Below, piece after piece: positions 54,823 to 64,000 of a stretch of DNA of 64,000 bases. Position numbers and translations under genes: made by a program. Location of the stretch: NCBI GenBank assembly GCA_964016885.1, contig OZ024745.1, positions 88,660,001 to 88,724,000 on the forward strand, given 5' to 3'. Positions within the stretch are counted from its first letter, which is position 1; each line of letters starts with the position of its first letter. Source of the DNA: Eledone cirrhosa (lineage: Eukaryota). The notes under the pieces are model-generated. The model was given only the letters and a program-made list of their open reading frames with translations. It did no database searches and was not told where the DNA came from.

Positions 54823-57810
54823 CGCTAGTGAATCCGGTGTTAGAAAGGTCTTCCATTTCGGTTGGTGTTGTTATGGAAGTACCAGCAAGGATCTTCACTG
54901 CCCTCCTTACTCAGATGTGCATTGAAGTCCCCTAAAACAAGCAGGATGTTGTGTGCTTGTGTGGTGTTGACAGCTCAACACACCTCCTCATGGAACTCTT
55001 CTGCACTCACATCACTGTCTCCCTCGGTTGGACTATAGGCTGAGATGACTCTCAGTCTTGGGTTTCCATTGAATGTAACCCTCAACACTCGCGGGGAGAC
55101 ATGTATTATTTCCCTCAACAATAGACTCATTTTTGTGCTGAAAACAAAACCCACTCCTCCCACTGCAGCATTAATCATATTCCTCACTGCCGATGTGGTC
55201 ATGAGCTGGCTCATCTTCCCAATCATCACACTCCTCACGAGCTCATCGTGTAGGATCCTGTGTTCTTGGATCGCAAGTATCTGTATACCACATTCCTTGA
55301 ACAGATGTCCCAACTCCTCTCTCTTCTCCAGCGTCCGAATAGACCTCACATTCAAAGGGCCCATTTTGATGGCTCTTCTGCGGGACATAACTGCACTCTT
55401 TATATTTGTCTCAGAGGCAGCTGATCCATCATCCTGTTGGAGGCGAACTTAATAGCGACCAACCTAAGGTTTAGGAAGAATTCGGGGAAGACCTACATCT
55501 CAGATATTCACCTGTCCAAGTCCCAGATTGATTTCATTCTGGTGAGGAAAAAGTGGCGGAATAGTGTGCTGAACACAGAACCATACAACTATTTCAGTAC
55601 ACTGGCTAGTGACCACCGGCTTGTTATGAGTGAGGTCCGGGTGAGCTTAAGAAAGAGCAAGGCTCAGCCCCGGAGAGCAATCTATGACTGGGGAGCTTTC
55701 AAGAAAGATGATAAGCTACAGGGGAGGTTCACAGAGGAAGTGAGGAACAGGTTCAGTGCTCTGTGTGGAGACACAGAGGAGAGAGAGATTGGATGGACTG
55801 AGGAAAGTGTGACGAGGAGGTACGGGCACTTCACTAATGCAGTGGCGGAAGCAAGTGAGACACTGGTGCCGAGGAAAGAGAACAAAAGGAAGCACGTCAG
55901 CTCTACAGACCCAAAAGTGTGTGCAGCCAGAACAACACCTGAAAGCTGCCAAGGACCAATTCTATGCTGATCCTACGGGGAAGTGGATGGAGACGGTGGA
56001 GATAATTTGGGAAGAACTCTGTACCGCTTACACTGAGGCCAGAGAGGAGGCACTGATAGAGAAGATCAGAAGTGTGCAGAGAGCGGTTGAGAGATCTGGA
56101 TGTAAGGAGAGCTGGATGATCATCAACGAGATCACAAGGAGGAAGAGAAAGTGTTCGAGTCAGATCCAGGGAACAGGGCCCGGGGATAGGAAGAGGAAAT
56201 GGCTAGACTATTTTAGGACCCGACTAGGAGAGCCGCCTCCACAGCCCAGAGCACTGGGGAGATCAGGCGGCTGTTTGAAGAACTGGATATTGAGACAGAG
56301 CCCTTCACCAGAGAGGAGCTTCAGAGAGTCAAGAAGAAGATCAAGTAGGGCGAGGCTCTCGGAGAAGATGGAGTGGCATGAGAGGTGATGAAGAGGTGTG
56401 ATTTTGATGATATCATCCTGGGGTTCTGTAACCAGGTACTGGAGAAAGGAGTTGCCCCGAATCAGTGGAGGAGCAGTAACATCGTCCCAGTGCCAAATAA
56501 TGGAAATCTCTCTAACACCAACAACTACAGGGGGATCTCACCGACGTCACTTGTGGAAAGACCCTCAACAGGATGATTCTTAACAGGATCCAGCCTGAGA
56601 TGGAGAAGAAGCTCATGGACAACCAGAACGGCTTCAGAGAGGGAAGATCAACCACCTATCACATCCTGAAGCTAAGGAGGATTTTAGAGGGAGCTAGAGC
56701 TAAGTGCCTTCCTGCTGTCATGGTTTTAATTGACTTTACGAAGGCCTTTGATTCTATGGACCGTCACTGCCTGATGAAGATCTTACAGGCTTATGGAATT
56801 CCCAAGCAGATAGTGGACCTGATGTCTATGCTCTACACCAACACCAAAGCCCAAGTCATTACACCTGATGGCATGACAGACTTCTTCATGATACTGGCTG
56901 GAGTGATCCAGGGAGATACATTAGCTCTCTATCTTTTTATCATCGTAGTGGACTATTGTATGCGCCTAGCCCTGGAGAAACACCAGGTTTCTGGCTTTAC
57001 TGTAGCACCGGCTCAGAGCAGGAGAGTTAAGGCGAAACAGATATCGGATGCTGAATTTGGCGACGACATAGTTTTGGTGACAAATACAGTGAAGGAGGCA
57101 GAGGATTTGATGCAGGAGGTTGAGACTGTGTCTATGAGTGTGGAGCCTAGAATGAATGAGACTAAAACAAAATATCTGGTAGAGAATGTTGAGAAGCCAG
57201 AGGGGATCACTAATGTAGGTGGGAAGCCGCTAGAATTGGTTGAGGACTTCCTGTATTTGGGAGCAAAGATTGGGAATACGCAAGATGATGTGGTTGAGAG
57301 GAAGAGCAAAGCCTGGGCGGCGTGACACACCTTGAGATCGGTGTGGAAGTCGGACCTTTGTAAAGACCTGAAAATCCGCCTCTTCATTGCTGTAGTGGAG
57401 TCTGTGCTACTGTACGGGTCTGAGACTTGGACACTGACCAAGAAACTCACTCAGATGGTGGATGAGTGCTACACGAGAATGCTGAGGATGGCTCGGAACA
57501 TTAATCAGTATACACTGAGGATGAAAGACTCAGAGCTGTATGGGAGCCTCCCAAAGTCAGCTCAAAAGTGAGACAGAGGAGACTGAGTTTAGCTGGACAT
57601 GCTCACTGGCATCCAGAGTTGACATTGCACTCGGTGCTCCTATGGGAGCCCCTACATGGACACACTGGAAGTGGAAGACCATAGTTAACCTATGTTGATG
57701 CCTTAAGGACAGACACTGGTCTGTTGGAGACGCAGGACATGGCAGCGATAATGAAGGACAGAGACCGCTGGAGAGAACTCGTCTATTGATCACGAGAATT
57801 TTACCCGCCC
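54823..57810. mobile_element. RTE-group LINE with 5' inversion (APE N-half 55435-54823 minus, remainder 55439-57810 plus)
   Basis: Minus: LNVRS, AIQEHR, ISAYSPT, GDFNAH, NRNG. Plus: QIDFIL, SDHRLV, NQNGFR, IDFTKAFDS, GVIQGD, FGDD, LLYGSETW. Confidence 0.9.
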
Positions 57811-57836
57811 TAGAATATATATATATATATATATAG

Positions 57837-57902
<66 letters not shown>

Positions 57903-57907
<5 letters not shown>

Positions 57908-58335
57908 TGTATAATTAAAAGCATTTTGAAGACCTTACGCTATTGTTTTAAACTAGTGACTATGTCACTTACTTCTATGTTCAGCAAACAAGGGGAGATA
58001 AGCTGACAGAGCTCTGTCTCGTACTGTTGGTACTTATCAAAGCCTAGCACACCTACTGTCTACTGAAAATTATGAATGTTGAATTCTTATAGAATTCCAG
58101 TAATAATTATGAACTGATTATACAGAGCGGTTGTCGGTCCAGCAATCAGTTGCCGGAGCTCTGTCGGAATATCTCCCCTTGTTTGCTGAAAACAGAACTA
58201 AGTGACATAGTCACTACTTTAAAACAATAGCGTAAAGGCTTCAACATGCTTTTAATTAAGCATACAGTGTATTGCAAAATACACTATATATACATTCAAA
58301 TATATATCGCTATTTCAGAGTACCAATTCTAATTA
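57903..58335. mobile_element. Family E retrozyme-like head-to-head pair in (TA)n (57903-58145 minus, about 58155-58335 plus); HHR at 58002-58043 minus
   Basis: Minus strand reads GCT TTGATAA GTAC-CAACA-GTAC GAGA CAGAGCTCTG TC AGC. Confidence 0.78.
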
Positions 58336-58356
58336 TATATATATGTATATATATAT

Positions 58357-62021
<3,665 letters not shown>

Positions 62022-62028
62022 TATATAC

Positions 62029-62148
<120 letters not shown>

Positions 62149-62666
62149 TTGTGTGTGTTTGTATGAGGAAGTGTGTATGTATGTTCATGTGTGTGTGCTT
62201 GTGTGCGTGTATGTGCCTTTCAATGTTTATTCAAATATTTCCATTACTCTAATTGCTTACAGTGTTTATTTCATCTTGTTGATTTCATATTTATTTTAAG
62301 TTTAGCGGCTTCAAATTGAATTCGCTTGATGTGTAGGTCAACATTAAAGTACACATTATCAGAAGTGATAAATATATGTTTATATTCCTCAAATATATAT
62401 TGGTTAATAGGAAAATTCTCTACAAACAGATTCTCGTTTACCCGATTAATTTCAATTCCGCCATGCTTCATTAGAATGTGTAAGTTCATGGAATATACTC
62501 ACAAACAGATAGACACACAGTGATAGACCAATGATAGACCAATACTCTCGCAATCTCCTACTGAAATCATACGCGTATGCCGATATATTTATGCATGCAT
62601 GTGTGCATGTATACATTCACGTACGCATAGATAGATGCTCTGACATATACATGTATATATATATAA

Positions 62667-62816
<150 letters not shown>

Positions 62817-63459
62817 TTAATAAATAACAATCAAAGCGCTAGACAGTAATCATCGGAGTACAAATCAAAGATTAAGACGCAGATGAATATGGGAAGAAAG
62901 CATAAATAATAAATATTAACATTCATATAAGAGAAGAAAGCAAACATAGAAGCATATGAAAATATGAACATATATATGCAATTATGAGCAGCTAAAACCA
63001 TTAAAAATCTTTAAAATATGCTGCTATACAGAAATATGCTGCTATAGGGAAGTAAACCATACTCAAAGGCATATATCATAATTAATAAATTAACATATCA
63101 CATAAGCATAACAAAAGTTTAAAAAACAGATGCATAGATGAAATATAAATTCAAGAATATATACATCTCCAAAATATATTTTTAATAAAAAGTTTGACTC
63201 CGTCTTTCAGTTATAAGTATATAGATACTCTATTATTCTTTAAAAGTAATAATATCGGTGTAGTCAGCAAAATAAACCTTAACATGCTATTATTATTAAT
63301 AATTAATCAAACCAATCGAAGGAATTAATATTAAGAAAATAGAATCAGCTCTGTATTATACTTGTTATCTTACATGGAGCTATTGTCATACTTGTAATTG
63401 GATAATATTTAATATTACCCACATTTTTATATATATATATGTATATGTATATGTATATG

Positions 63460-64000
<541 letters not shown>

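Overview
This is eukaryotic, AT-rich, gene-free DNA made of transposons and microsatellites. It is probably from an octopod cephalopod, inferred from the repeated tRNA-derived SINE (…TCGACCCCGTAAGGATGAAAGGCAAAGT…GATTTGAACTCAG) and the very high (TA)n/(TG)n content. No host exon is recognisable. Contents: a decayed L1/Tx1 LINE, two R4/Dong-like REL LINEs flanked by (CATA)n, a head-to-tail Helitron trimer, RTE-group LINEs (one with a 5' inversion), a CRE remnant, a deleted Helitron, a hAT MITE, SINEs, and four families of GIY-YIG Penelope-like elements (PLEs). The most striking pattern is that PLEs and small non-coding hammerhead-ribozyme (HHR) repeats (retrozyme-like) recur as head-to-head palindromes of about 40 bp to 9.6 kb. 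In most cases both outward-facing 3' ends are fused to (TA)n. About ten distinct type I HHR families can be read by eye, including U3-A8 and U4C core variants. Boundaries were placed by eye and are approximate (±10-30 bp) unless a junction sequence is quoted. No database search was run.
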